NCBI RefSeq assembly: GCF_032191835.1
Contig: NC_083228.1
Span: 22,692,001-22,756,000 of the forward strand
Direction of reading: 5' to 3'
DNA: 64,000 bases
From: Heteronotia binoei
Taxonomy: Eukaryota
Every line of letters starts with the position of its first letter. Positions within the stretch are counted from its first letter, which is position 1. This document shows, piece by piece, positions 33,700 through 45,299 of the stretch. The notes beneath the pieces were generated by a model that ran no database searches, was not told the DNA's origin, and saw only the letters and a program-made list of their open reading frames with translations. The position numbers and the translations under genes were made by a program.

Positions 33700-34396
33700 G
33701 TGTGTGGGGGGGAAGTGTAGCCTAATATGCAAGGGAGTTCCTGTTACAAAAAAAGCCTTGAATACAGGGCAGCTTCATGTGAGTTCCCTTGGAGAAAATG
33801 GCTGCTTGGAAGGGTGGACTCCAAGGCATTATACTCTGCTGAGGTCCTTTCCTTTCCCAAACCTTCAGCAATTTCCAAGTGGGAGTCAGTGGCGACCCTC
33901 TCTTGTAGTCCTCCCATCCTTCTCCTAAAGGAACAAGGCACTGCTTTCCACCTGCCAAAGCCAGTAGCACTAGGGTTGCTGGGTCTGTGTTGAAAAATAC
34001 CTGGAGACTTTGGGGATGGATCCGGGAGAGAGTAGGGTTTGGGCAGGGCTTTTTCTTTCTTTCTTTTTTTTTTTTAAAGCAGGAACGCAGTTCCGGCTGG
34101 CTTGGTATCAGGGGGTGTGGTCTAATATGCAAGTGAGTTCGTGCTGAGCTTTTTCTACAAAAAGTCCTATGTGAAACAATGGTGATGTCAAGGGCTGTGG
34201 CCTAATATGCAAATGAGTTCCTACTGGGCTTTTCTACAAAAGTAGTTTGGGGAGGGGAAGAGCCTCAGCAGGGTACAATGCCCTAGAGTCCACCCTCTCA
34301 AGCAGCCATTTTCTCCAGGGGAGCAGATCTCTGCCAGTTGGAGATCAGTTGTAAAAGCGGGAGATCTCCAGGCCCCACCCGGAGGCTGGCAACACC
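33700..34396. mobile_element. Nested hAT MITE cluster directly upstream of the ZNF365 CpG island
   Basis: Octamer-family MITE (~34045-34240, flanks GGTTTGGG / AGTTTGGG) inside a TAGGGTTGC-family copy, plus half of a palindromic MITE. Confidence 0.7.
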
Positions 34397-34429
34397 AAGC
34401 AGCAGCACCCACTAGGCCACACCGCCCCC

Positions 34430-35350
34430 TCCCCCCAAATGCATCTGCTTTCCCTGTTCTTCGCCTTTCCCCTCCCGGCCTCAGCCGTGCAGCTGGTCTC
34501 CCTCCTCTGCAAGCCCTTTGCAAAAAGCCCGGCCTCCCGCCGGCCCGGGTGACGGTCCCGCCCTCGGCCAGGCCTTCGGGAAGGGGGAGGGGGGGCAGGC
34601 AGCGAGGGGGCGTGAGCAGGCGTGACTGCGCCGGGCGGGCTTGCCGTGATTTACGGCTCTGCTGAAAACGGCCGCTTCTCTTATCTTCTCTTCTCCCCCC
34701 TTCCCCGCAGCATCAGCACCGCCAGCAACAAGTCAGGTAAGGCGCCGCCGCTTCGCTCTGCGCCACAGCCAGGACGGGCCGGTCGGGGCGGTAGGAGCCG
34801 GGAAGGGGGCGGAGGAGGGCGAAGATGCGTCGGGGCTGGAGAAGAAGGCCGGCCGGCGGCAGCCGCAGCAGCAACCGGGCGCCGGGGAAGGTCTCCCGCT
34901 AGGAGCCGTGAAATGCAGCCGCAGCCGCCACGCAGAACTGGGGCTGGAAACAAGCCCGGGGCGCTGTGGCCGGGTTCGTCCTCCTTCCCCCGCATCTGCA
35001 AGGTTAGGTGCCCCACATCGCTCCGACCTTCTCCTCGGGGGTGATCGCCCCACTCCCAATCTGCATGCAGCCCTGCTGCTCTCCGTTTCCTACCCACCCA
35101 CCCCCAGCGCGCCTCCTATTTGATCTTGCAAAAGCTCCAGGGAGAGGAAGGAGGAGGAAGAAGCCCAGACTTTGCAGAGCTTTTCCCTCGCCTACGCTGC
35201 TCTCGCCCGCCCGGCTTCTCTTGTCACCTTGCCGTCCTCCGCTCCATGCCTGGAGTTGGCTTGTCAGCCCATGGGGGGCGGGGGAGACAGATTTCCCGGC
35301 CTCCTGCCTAGCTTGGCTTAGGGAAGCCCTTACTGTTGACCCGGATTCGT
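34430..35350 (+). promoter_or_regulatory. ZNF365: CpG island / promoter of ZNF365
   Basis: High GC and CpG density, GC boxes, G-tracts; about 3 kb upstream of the first coding exon. Confidence 0.85.
34620..34736 (+). other. ZNF365: Putative non-coding first exon of ZNF365 (start position uncertain)
   Basis: Strong donor CAG|gtaagg at 34736/34737 within the CpG island; an alternative donor aag|gttagg lies near 35002. Confidence 0.5.
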
Positions 35351-35916
35351 CAAGTCGCCCATAGAAAAAATCGGCTTCCCAAGGTTGGGGGGGTGGGAAT
35401 ACTGTTTTTTGCTCCCCCCCCTCCCATCATTCAAATATGCACATTGTCTAGGTTTTCTTAGGCACTGGATAAATACTGCCGTTTATTTGGTATTCCCTTT
35501 ACTGTTCAGGTTTCAGACTATATGTTACGCTCCCCAGATTGACTGCTGGTAATATTTGAGGAGCTGGACTTGAAATTTCATGGCTTGTCTGACAATTTTT
35601 AGAATTTCAGTTTGGCTTGTGCCACATTGCCCGGATGACAGTCGAATTGTATTTGAGAACATCCAAACAAGCAGGCAGAAGGCACAATCTAGAATTAAAG
35701 TACTTGGAACTCCCATTTATGTCCTAAGGAAGGTTGGAGCATAAAACTTCTTTGGTCTTAAAGGTGCTTACTTTGTTCTGTTAACTTCTGAGGGTAATCG
35801 ACGGAACTTTAAAAGTGCTAAACTTGGACTGGATCAGTCTGAATCACCAAACACAATAACAGCAGGAGAATTAGGAATGCATCCCACCCAGGCCTAGCGA
35901 GAAATCAGTATTATTA

Positions 35917-36598
35917 TTATTATTATTAGGGTTAAAGCAATTTTATTTGGTAACATATGGTAACATTATATTTCTTACATCATTAATAACTTATTTTATC
36001 TATCCCACATATTACTTTCTACCCACCCCTCCCCCCATTACTTGACCCCCGCCGGTGTTATTTACTTAAAGTACTAATATTTAAAGGTACCCTTAACTAA
36101 TAAAAACAAAAAATTAATATTCTTCTTTTTTCTAGGACTTAATCATTATCAAAAATTGTCCAATGTCCTTTTATTCTCCACTCTTTTTCTACATATCTTC
36201 TGAACTTTTTCCACTCCATCTTAAAAACTTCTAAATCATAGTCTCTTAAAATTCTTGTTAATTTGTCCATTTCACTCCATGTCAAATCAATCCCATTTCT
36301 CTGGTATTTTTTCTTGCTTCCACAACTGCGCATATAATGTCCTAGCAGCTGAAAGCAAGTACCAAATTATCGTTCTATCTTCTTTTGGAAATTTTTCCAT
36401 TTGTAATCCCAACAGAAAAGTCTCTGCAACTTTCTTAAATTCATATCCCAAGATCCTAGAAATTTCTTGTTGAATCATCTGCCAATATTTTTTTGCTCTT
36501 TCACAAGTCCACCACATATGGTAGAAAGAACCTTCATGTTTTTTACATTTCCAACATCTGTCTGGCATCTTATTATTCATCTTTGCCAATTTCTTACA
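35917..36598 (-). mobile_element. Young 5'-truncated L1-clade LINE: ORF2 C-terminus, 3' UTR, (TAA)n tail
   Basis: CWKCKKHEGSFYHMWWTC CCHC knuckle; one frameshift; TSD AGAAATCAGTATTATTA at 35900-35916 and 36599-36615. Confidence 0.9.
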
Positions 36599-36854
36599 AG
36601 AAATCAGTATTATTACGTAACTAGAGTTATCCTTTTGAGATTCGGGCTGCCTAACAATAAAACTTTCCCATCTTTAAATAACACCAAAGCCTCCAAAGTT
36701 ACAATGACCACATAGCTTGTGCAGAATCTTGAAAATTTCCTTTTGTTTATTATATAGGTATTGTACCAACATCCTGCCTTTCCTAAGCAGCTGGCTGATG
36801 CCACAGCTCATTGTTACAACATCTACACAGTACTGGCATGCATAAGGTCCCAGG

Positions 36855-37068
36855 CAGTGTTCCTTCTAAGCTGAGTTGGTGTGAGTTAACTCAGATTTTT
36901 CACCTCCAGCTCACACAGTTTTGTCTTAGCTCAGGAAGGATGACCCCAGAGCACACTAATTTATGCAGTAGCTCACAGCTTTAATGCCAGTAGCACACAA
37001 CTTTAATACCAGTAGCTCACAAAGTAGAATGTTTGCTCACAAGACTCTGCAGCTTAGAGGGAACATTG
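36855..37068 (+). mobile_element. hAT MITE inserted in a tRNA-SINE head
   Basis: TIRs CAGTGTTCCTTCTAAGCTG / CAGCTTAGAGGGAACATTG; TSD GTCCCAGG / ATCCCAGG. Confidence 0.88.
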
Positions 37069-37139
37069 ATCCCAGGTGCAATCCCTGGCATCTCCAGTTG
37101 TTGTTGTTGATTTTAACAGACCAGGTATTAGGTGATGAC

Positions 37140-37285
37140 CATGATCTGGAAGGCCCAGGTTAGCTGAGTCTCGTCAGATCTCAGAAGCTAAGAAAGGTTG
37201 GCCCTGGTTAATACTTGCCTGGGAGAACACTGAGTCCAGAGTTATCACACAGAGGCAGTCAATGGCAAACCATCTCTGTTCATCA
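37140..37285 (+). mobile_element. 5S-derived SINE
   Basis: ctcgtcagatctcagaagctaag..ccctggttaatacttg..caatggcaaaccatctctg. Confidence 0.75.
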
Positions 37286-37940
37286 CCATTAGATCATGAG
37301 ATCCTGGACAGCTCCTGCCAGCCAGAGTAAACGATGTTAAACTTGATGGACCAGTGGTCCTGACTCAGTACATGGCAGCTTATGTAATGCTTCGAAGTAT
37401 TGAGAAGGTTGCAATGAGATTTAACAATATCTACTCAGTTCCTTCCAACAGACTGGTTGATTGATTTGGAACATTTATATGCCCCCTCTCCTGAGGCCTG
37501 CTCACAAAGTCAAAACAATAAAATAATAAAAACAAACATAATGATCAAAATTAAGATGTCAGGTAGGTGCTTGTCAGGGAACAGCAGAAAAATAATATGA
37601 TATCTGGAAAAGCCCTCAGGCCATAAAAACAGCTGCTTAAAAACAGCTCCCTCCGATGAAATGCCTAAATAAAGACAAGTGTTTTGACTTGGTGCCTAAA
37701 GGACAGGCTGGTAGGCACTGGACAAGTTGCAAGGGGAAAGCATTCCAAAGGTGAGGTGCCACCACAGAAAAAGCACTGTCTACTTAGCATCCATTTCCTC
37801 TCTGTAGGCCGGGACACAGAAAGCAGGGCTTGGGAACAGGATCTTAACTAGTGGGCTGGAAAGAATGTGCTCTCTTCTTAAAGACTTAGCAACTCTACAC
37901 ACCTGTCAGTCTGTTTTCATTATTTTTACTATACGTACAC

Positions 37941-38037
37941 AGAATATATGACGTGATGCTGCCTTCTACCAAGTGTTACCATTGGTCCATATAGCTTGGT
38001 AGAACTTGGTATAAGGCAGCATCATGTCAGATATTCT
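37941..38037. repeat. 33-bp inverted repeat (hairpin) 63 nt upstream of the ZNF365 exon 2 acceptor
   Basis: 37941-37973 pairs with 38005-38037 with 3 mismatches; 31-nt loop. Confidence 0.85.
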
Positions 38038-38113
38038 AAGTACATTTAGTTATCTAGTTGGTGTTCTCTTTCCTGACTGGTGATTTTCCCTTTCATGTAG
38101 GATTTGGAAAGTA

Positions 38114-38844
38114 ATGCAACAGAACGCTTTTGAAGAAAGCAGATACCCCTGGCAGGAGTCATTTGAAAATGTTAACGTCTGCATGCCATTCCGTTGCCCC
38201 AGATGTGGGGACCACACCAGATTCCGGACCTTGTCTTCCCTGAGAGCTCACCTGGAGTACAACCACAGCTACGAAGAAAGAAGCCTCCTGGCAAAATGCA
38301 ACCTCTTTTCTTCTTTCAAAGACGCAGACCTGATCTGTGCTTCCGAGCCCCTGATGCAAGGCATGCTTGGGGATAGCATGAGCATCATGAAACCAAAGCC
38401 GTCCTACTTAAACTTCTGCGACACGACCCACGAAAACGCAAAGAACAGGAAGACGCTGGAGGTGGAAGCAGAGAGGCCTGTGTCTTTCGGGACAAATTAC
38501 ATGACGGGTGAAAGCGACGAGGAGTTCATTGCTAAGCCGGGTCTGGCAACCACAGACTCCAAAGCTTCATTTGAGGCCCACGTGAGGGAGAAGTTTAACC
38601 GAATGGTGGAAGCTGTGGACAAAACGATCGAGAAACGGATTGACAAGCTTACCAAAGAGCTGGCTCAAAAGACGGCTGAACTCTTGGAGGTTCGAGCGGC
38701 CTTTGTGCAGCTTTCGCAGAAGAAGCAAGAAGTGCAGAGGCGGGAGATGGCCCTGAACAGACAGGTGGATGTCGCAGTTGAGATGATTGCAGTGCTGAAA
38801 CAGCGCCTCACGGAGTCTGAGGAAGAGCTCCACAGAAAAGAGGA
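38114..38844 (+). CDS. ZNF365: ZNF365 first coding exon (exon begins 38101): C2H2-like finger and coiled coil
   Basis: MQQNAFEESRYPWQESFENV..CPRCGDHTRFRTLSSLRAHLEYNH..KASFEAHVREKFNRMVEAVD matches human ZNF365; catgtag| acceptor, GA|gtaagt donor. Confidence 0.97.
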
Positions 38845-38875
38845 GTAAGTAGAAGGATGGGGCATGTCGCAAGAC

Positions 38876-39226
38876 GAGGGTTGCCAGGTGGGAGTGGGGG
38901 ATCCCCTGATTTTGTGGGCTCCTGCCAGCTGCCAACCAGCTGACCAGTAGTGGAAGCCTCACCCCCAACAGTCACAACCCCACACTGGGGACATTGCATG
39001 GTGGTGCTCTGGTTTTGGGGCAAAACTTTATGGGTTTAGCCCAGTTTTACCATAGAGTTTGTCCAAAATCCAGAGTATCACCACGTGACATCCCTGGTGA
39101 GATGTCACCTCCTGGTGTGACGACATCATCATGTCAGGGACATTACTTGTGGTGATGTTGCCCCCCTACTCTCAGAAAGCTCCCTTCCACCCCCCGCCGG
39201 CACAAGGTAAGGACTTGGCAACCCTA
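38876..39226 (+). mobile_element. hAT-type MITE, TAGGGTTGCCA family, 31 bp after the ZNF365 donor
   Basis: gagggttgcca...tggcaacccta; flanks CGCAAGAC / GGCAAAAC. Confidence 0.7.
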
Positions 39227-39842
39227 GGCAAAACAGTAGGCACATATCCTACTTTCATTCTTCCAGCCTAAGTTGTCTTCCTTCAAATTCAGTGAATCTT
39301 CCAGTGGAAGAAGAGCCACTGAACGTGGAGGAAGGTTCATTAGGAAAAAGTGCCACCTAAGTTGACTCAGTGAAATTGGCTGGGGTTTGTTTTTGGGGTG
39401 GGTTTGTGCAAGAAAATGTGGCAGCCAGAATATTCCAGGTCATGAATGGCCAAGCAGGTGCGAGACAGACTCAGGCCTGACTTCTTACGTGCTGTTGCAG
39501 CTCACTGAACACGAAGTGCCCCATGGCATATCCTTTAGTATGCACCATACTTAGTATTGTCTCATGCCTAGGGCTAGACATGACACAGATCCCCAAGGTG
39601 CTAGCCACTACTACCTACCAGGGATCTTGTCATACTAATGCAAGGAGCTAGGAGGATGGATGGTGTATAGTTACACAGGCTCTCAAGTTTCAAATAGTTT
39701 TTGGCTCATAAGTCAAGTTTCTAGTTCTCATCTTTATAGTGAAACATTTGAAAAACCACTGTAATGTCAGTATCTTCCAAAGACTCCAAAATCTATCTGT
39801 AGCTCTGAAGTGTCTCCCTGTTAGTGATTTTCCCTGCCATAA

Positions 39843-40025
39843 CAAGGCTTTTTTTTGTAGCAGGAACTTCTTTGCATATTAGGCTACACCCCCCTGATGT
39901 AGCCAATCCTCCAAGAGCTTACAGAAGGCCATGTAAGAAGAGCCCCATAAGCTCTTGGAGGATTGGCTATATCAAGGGGGTGTAGTCTAATATGCAAAGG
40001 AGTTCTTGCTACAAAAAAAGCCCAG
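39843..40025. mobile_element. Palindromic hAT MITE
   Basis: Same self-complementary family as 19847. Confidence 0.85.
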
Positions 40026-40814
40026 CTTCTGCCCATTTCTTATGTACTTTACTTCTCTTCTTCTTTGCCTTCCTCTCTCTCCTTCCTCATGGAATCTGAG
40101 AACCCTCAAGTATGGCGATAGGAATAAAGTGATGCACCTTCAACAGAACACATGCTAATGTACACAGACTCCTCCCTTGCCAAGTTCTGATGTGTCCTGG
40201 GGCTCCCCAACACTGTCACAGAGCTCTGCTCCCAAACCAGATGGACTATAATTGTCTGTGAGCATGCAGAATTGTTGAAGTGCATGCTGGGGCAAGCGCA
40301 GACCCTTCACTGGTGTAGAAGAGAATACAGCAACCTCTGGATGTGCAACACAGCCCCACATTGCTGTGGAGCACACCTACTGTTTGGCCACAGAACTTTA
40401 TTTATGAGTCAGCCCATGTACTGTTTACACCGGCGTACACCTTGTTGCAGGTTCCCTTCCTCTTTATGTCTGTATTGTCTTGCTATGCTTATCACAAGGT
40501 AGAGAGCACCTCTACCATGAGAAGTAGGCAAGTATAAACCAATTGATTTCAGTGCAGAAGAAGGCAAGCATTGGATTGGCTGAATGTATGATCCAGCGGT
40601 TTTATTGCATGCACCTCAAGACAAAAACTGCACAAGGACAAGATGTTTATGTCCCTGTCTTGTTTATTTACTTGGTGCTCTTCCTCCAAGGAGCTCAGAC
40701 AGGCAAACCTGGTTCTGCCCCCTCCGTTTTTCAAGCTCACAGTGATCGGGTTCTCTATTTCTAATTGTGATTGATGAAAGGAGCTTTGACTGTCAAAAGC
40801 TTACAGCCTGAAAG

Positions 40815-41050
40815 TTTTTTTTTGGGGGGGGGGGTTTAATATGTGTGGGCGTGTCTGCCTTGGAAGTCATGGTGACCTCTGGTGACTGACCCCAACTGGG
40901 AGCCTGAAGGATATTTAGAGAGGTGGCCCTGCCCTCCCGACTGCTGGTATTCCAAGGAGGGCTCCCATCCAAATACTTGCTAGGGTTTATCCTGCTTAGC
41001 TTTTGAGATCTGATGAGATTGGGCTTGCCTGGGCTATCCAGGTCACAGCA
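40815..41050 (-). mobile_element. 5S-derived SINE (variant subfamily) inserted in a Penelope pseudo-LTR remnant
   Basis: Same subfamily as 915-1120; CCTGAAA duplicated either side; Penelope pieces at 40771-40812 and ~41055-41098. Confidence 0.75.
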
Positions 41051-42049
41051 CATCCTGAAACACTTGTAAACTGGTTTCTAAGGTGCTACTGGACACAAAT
41101 TGTCTAGTTTTGTTTATAAATTGTTTAGGCTGACTGGCCCAGAGTCTCCCAGTAAGTTTCATAGCGCATGTAGGTTTGCAGTAGGACTCTCAGGTCCTAA
41201 TTCAGCTCTCTACCCAGTACACCACTCCAGTTTTAGAAGCCCTGCTTCTAGAGAAAAGTAGGAATCTGTGAATCCAGGTATCACTTAGGGAGTAAAGTCA
41301 GCTTGGTTGTGCTTTAGATCCAAGAAGGGTGGGAGAAAGCTCTCAAATCTTCCTGTCAAGTTCCTGCCTTTCCTCCATTTAGAAGTGAATCAGATCTGCA
41401 AACTGAACATTATGGGATCACTTTTAGGTAAGAATTGCAATTTGGTTTCCTGCTGGTTTCCATGAGCAAGTTCCAAATGTGCGTTGGCAGTTCCAGCCCT
41501 CATAAAAATACTTTCATGTTGCATCCATGAAAAATGTAGCGACTGCTGGTGCATTATTTATATGTGAACTACTTAAAAGCTGCAATCCTCAGACTGCCTA
41601 CTCCTTGGAATTCCCATTAACACTCAGGGAAGAAATCAGAGGCAGACGCTGTTGAGGCTGTACTCCTAGTGTGAGTTTGTACTTTCAGAAACCCAAACAT
41701 GTTTTGCTGAAATGTGTGGTGCTGCTGCTACCAAAATTGGCAAGCACAGGTGCGCATCAGCTGAGAGGTGTAATCCCCACTGAAGCAAGCCCCGCTCAAC
41801 TTCCAGGTAGTCAGGATCAAGCTATAAGAGTGGCACAGGGAAATAGCATGTATCTGCTTACCAGCACTGGGATAAGATCAACTTTGGCTTATCTTTGGGT
41901 GCTCCTTGCTCCAATATATCAGTCTATACCAGGTACCTGCCTACAACACTGACAGAAGCAGGAAGTAGTGGTGAAAGTGGCAGTGGCCTTCCATGCCATC
42001 TGACCCACAACTCCAGAGATATTTGTTTGTTTGCTTACCTCCTGCAGTC

Positions 42050-42405
42050 ATTTGTGGAACGTGAACAGCCTGGGCCATGTCTTCTCTTCCAGTGAACAAA
42101 TGCTTCCTTTCTTGGTCCCCTGGAGGCAATTTCTGCTCCACACAGGCAAATGGGCAAGGGAACATTTGCCAACATGCAACTTCTAAAGGAGCTTGGGAGC
42201 TGCCCAAGAGTCTCATTGGTGGAGCTTTGTGCATCTATTATTGGTGGAGCATTGTGCATCAAAAGAAGCTCTTGCAGACACCTCCGATCCACTTGTGGAT
42301 TAAAAGGTCCCTGTCGTGGCACCTTGTCTTTGGAATGCCTTCCCCTTGAGACTTACCTGGTGCCTACAAGCCAGTCAAAACACTTGTCTTTACTTAGGCA
42401 TTTAA
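42050..42405 (+). mobile_element. Degenerate L2 3' fragment
   Basis: tggaatgccttccccttgag..aaaacacttgtcttt..aggcattt resembles the L2 WNALP..KTHLF..AF end. Confidence 0.4.
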
Positions 42406-42419
42406 TAGGAAGGAGCCAT

Positions 42420-42648
42420 CTTTTAAGCAGCTTTTTTATGGTCTTACATGCCCAGGGAAATGCTGATCACCAATTTGGGTTCAGGAAGCAATTTTTCTCC
42501 AGGTCAATTTGGCCAGGGATCCTGGAGGTTTTCTGCCATCTTCTAGGCATGGAACAGGGGTCACTGGTCTATGTGTGTGTGGGGGAGGTATTTTTCCTGC
42601 ATTGTGCAGGATGACCCTGGAAGTCGCTTCCAACTCTGTGATTCTATG
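42420..42648 (+). mobile_element. CR1 3' UTR fragment
   Basis: Ends ccaactctgtgattctatg; same long-UTR subfamily as 54940-55372. Confidence 0.75.
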
Positions 42649-44349
42649 CAGGTTCCATTTTTTAGCTAGCCACTATTTATGTGCTGGCGTTTGAAGCAGA
42701 ATTGTCTTATTGAGGTGGTTTCCAATGATGTCTTTGGTTCTACCATCATATGATTTGCTTTCTAACTGCCCTGTGTGGTGAGATCCATGGAGCAACAACT
42801 GGCTGAAGCCCACCATGCAACCTCCAGGGTCACCCCAACTGCTGATTTTCGCATTCGTAATTGCCCTCCTGTGGCTCAGCCAGAGAGTGTGGCAGGTACG
42901 CTAGTTTTGAGTAGAGTAACAGAGCTGATGTGTTTTTAGTGCTGGCATCTGCAGGTGCCAAAAGAGTCCAAGTGTTCTCCAGCAACACCTCAAACATCTA
43001 AAGCGAGCAAACTGTGTACTATGACTATTGCTTATTCCCTTTGGCATTGGTTACCTGTCTTTTGCTTGCCAAGTTTTGCGCTAGTGTTTAGAGACTGGCC
43101 TCTGTGGGAAAAAAATCCACAGAGAATCCAAGCTGTATTAGTAAGGGTTTGTTGTGCACATATTAGGACCCAAAATGCATTGCACACTCAAGCTGGAGCC
43201 AAGCTCTTATTTTACTAATGACTCAAGAGTTTTGGGAGGTGGGGAGAGGGAAATGAATCCAGTGCATAGGAAAACTTGTGTGAAAAAAATTAAAAATTAA
43301 GGGGCCGAAGAGCTTGGAGGAAGTGAGATTTATATTGCGGCAGTATCATTCATAGTACTCCCAGGTTTAAGTTAAAGGACACGTTCGTGTTTTGAGGAGC
43401 CTCAAAACGCAAACCAAGGATAAGAAAGGAAAAATACAGGGAAGGAAAAAAGGAGGAGAAAACAAGAGTTATGCATGAGGTCAAATTTAGCGGTGCAGGA
43501 GTGATATTGATGTCCCTAAACAATTGCAACATTTTCTGGGAACAGATTTACCTGGGGAAGGTACCATGAAGCAAATTGGTCCCTTTGGAGGCCAAACATG
43601 TGAGTCTTAATGTTCCAAAACAAAAAAGGCAATTCCTTCATTTTGCTTTATTCATCCATACAAAGCTTAAAATGATAGATCTCATTCTGAACAATGGCCC
43701 CAGAGTATGGATTTTTTTTTAAAAAAAATTCACAATTGGGCCATGTTAGATAGTGGGAGGTTTTCTGCAAGCCCAAGAGAACCTACAGAACTGCAGGAAA
43801 ATCTGGAAAAGGTTGTATGTTTGATTTTCTTAGAACCAGAGGATTCAACTGAAAAAATGCCGAGATCTTGTGAGATCATAAATGGCATGACAGTGGAGAT
43901 TTTTTAAAAAATCTGCTGAAGGATGAAAACAGCAGGAGGAGGAAGAGGACGATGACGATAAAGACGTGGCAGTGGGCAAGGTGGTTGGAGAGAGGCTTGA
44001 CACAGAAAGGTCTTATCACCTGCAATGAAAGTCTTGTGACTGAGACTCCTGTCCATTCCATAAGAGGAGACTCAAGATGATGCTTCTTCCACTCCTGGCC
44101 AAATGAAAAGTTGAGAAGAGCCTACAAAATTCCCCATCTATTTTTTGTGTTTACTTCATTTATTTTTAGTCTGCTTTTCTCTCTGAGGCTCAAGAGGGCT
44201 TGTATGCTCTGTGCCACCACTGAATGTCCTCCTTGAAGATGCATTTCCACTTAACACGATGCTTCTTCCTTCACACAGTCTATGTGCTCTTCCACAAGGA
44301 TGTAGTGGAATACCATTGCAGGGAAGAAACTTGTAATTGCTGCAATGTT

Positions 44350-44518
44350 CAGGGCTTTTTCTTGTAGCAGGAACTCCTTTGCATATTAGACCACACATCC
44401 CTGATGTAGCTTGCAGGGCTCTTCTTACAGGGCCTACTGTAAGTTCTTGGAGGATTGGCTACATCAGGGGTGTGTGGCCTAATATGCAAAGGTGTTCCTG
44501 CTACAAGAAAAAGTCCTG
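44350..44518. mobile_element. Palindromic hAT MITE
   Basis: cagggct...aagtcctg; flanks GCAATGTT / GCGATGTC. Confidence 0.85.
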
Positions 44519-45299
44519 GCGATGTCTGACATCTGAACTAGTTCTGGTCATTTCTCAGCCTTTGTTAGCAGGATCCACTTTATTTTTTACATTGAACTAT
44601 GGATAATGTGATGGCAAAGGCATTCCTAGGAAAGTATACTGGTTACAGTAGGTTGGGTCCTCTCAGTTTTTCTGCTGATGTAAGCTGTAGAAAGAGTGAT
44701 CTTGGCCCATTCCCTTCTTCACTGCACCTGTCCCACACAGGCTTCTTGTCATCACAGCTCCTACAGTCCCTGGCAATAGCCTTTCAAAGGGTCAGAAGGG
44801 ATCCTTCCAGCCTCTTGTGCCAACAGAAAAGCTGATGGAATCAAATACAATATACTTGTGCAGGGGGATATTGTTATTGTTCTAATGGTGTCAATATTCT
44901 GAAAGTAACAAAAAAAAATCCTTGATTCACCCAGGAACGATCTACTCTTCTTCTAGGAGACTTTTTAAAAAGCTGTATTTTTGCATTCAGATAAGATCTA
45001 TTCACTGTGTATGAGTACATTGATATAATACAGACACTGGATTTTAGAAATGCCTTTAAATACAGTATGATATTGTTTAGCCCCAAACAGTTCACCTGCA
45101 ACCATTATCAGTTGTGAAAAAGCCTCAAGTTAGTCCCATCCCATTAAAAGCATTGGGAAAAGTTAATTACAGCTATCAAGTTTTCTTGTTTTTGACCAGT
45201 GGGGCTATTGCATCCTGGAGTGGCTCCCCATGAGCAGTACCTAAGTGAAGATTCTTGGTTTGAAGGTTGTATCTGATGATGGGTGGTCAGCCAGCCGCT

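Noticed and set aside
34712-34730. REST/NRSE site in the ZNF365 promoter
   Set aside because: Only the left half (TCAGCACC) is present; GGACAG is absent at the required spacing.
38567-38968. Antisense ORFs over ZNF365 exon 2
   Set aside because: Shadow frames of a GC3-rich coding exon.
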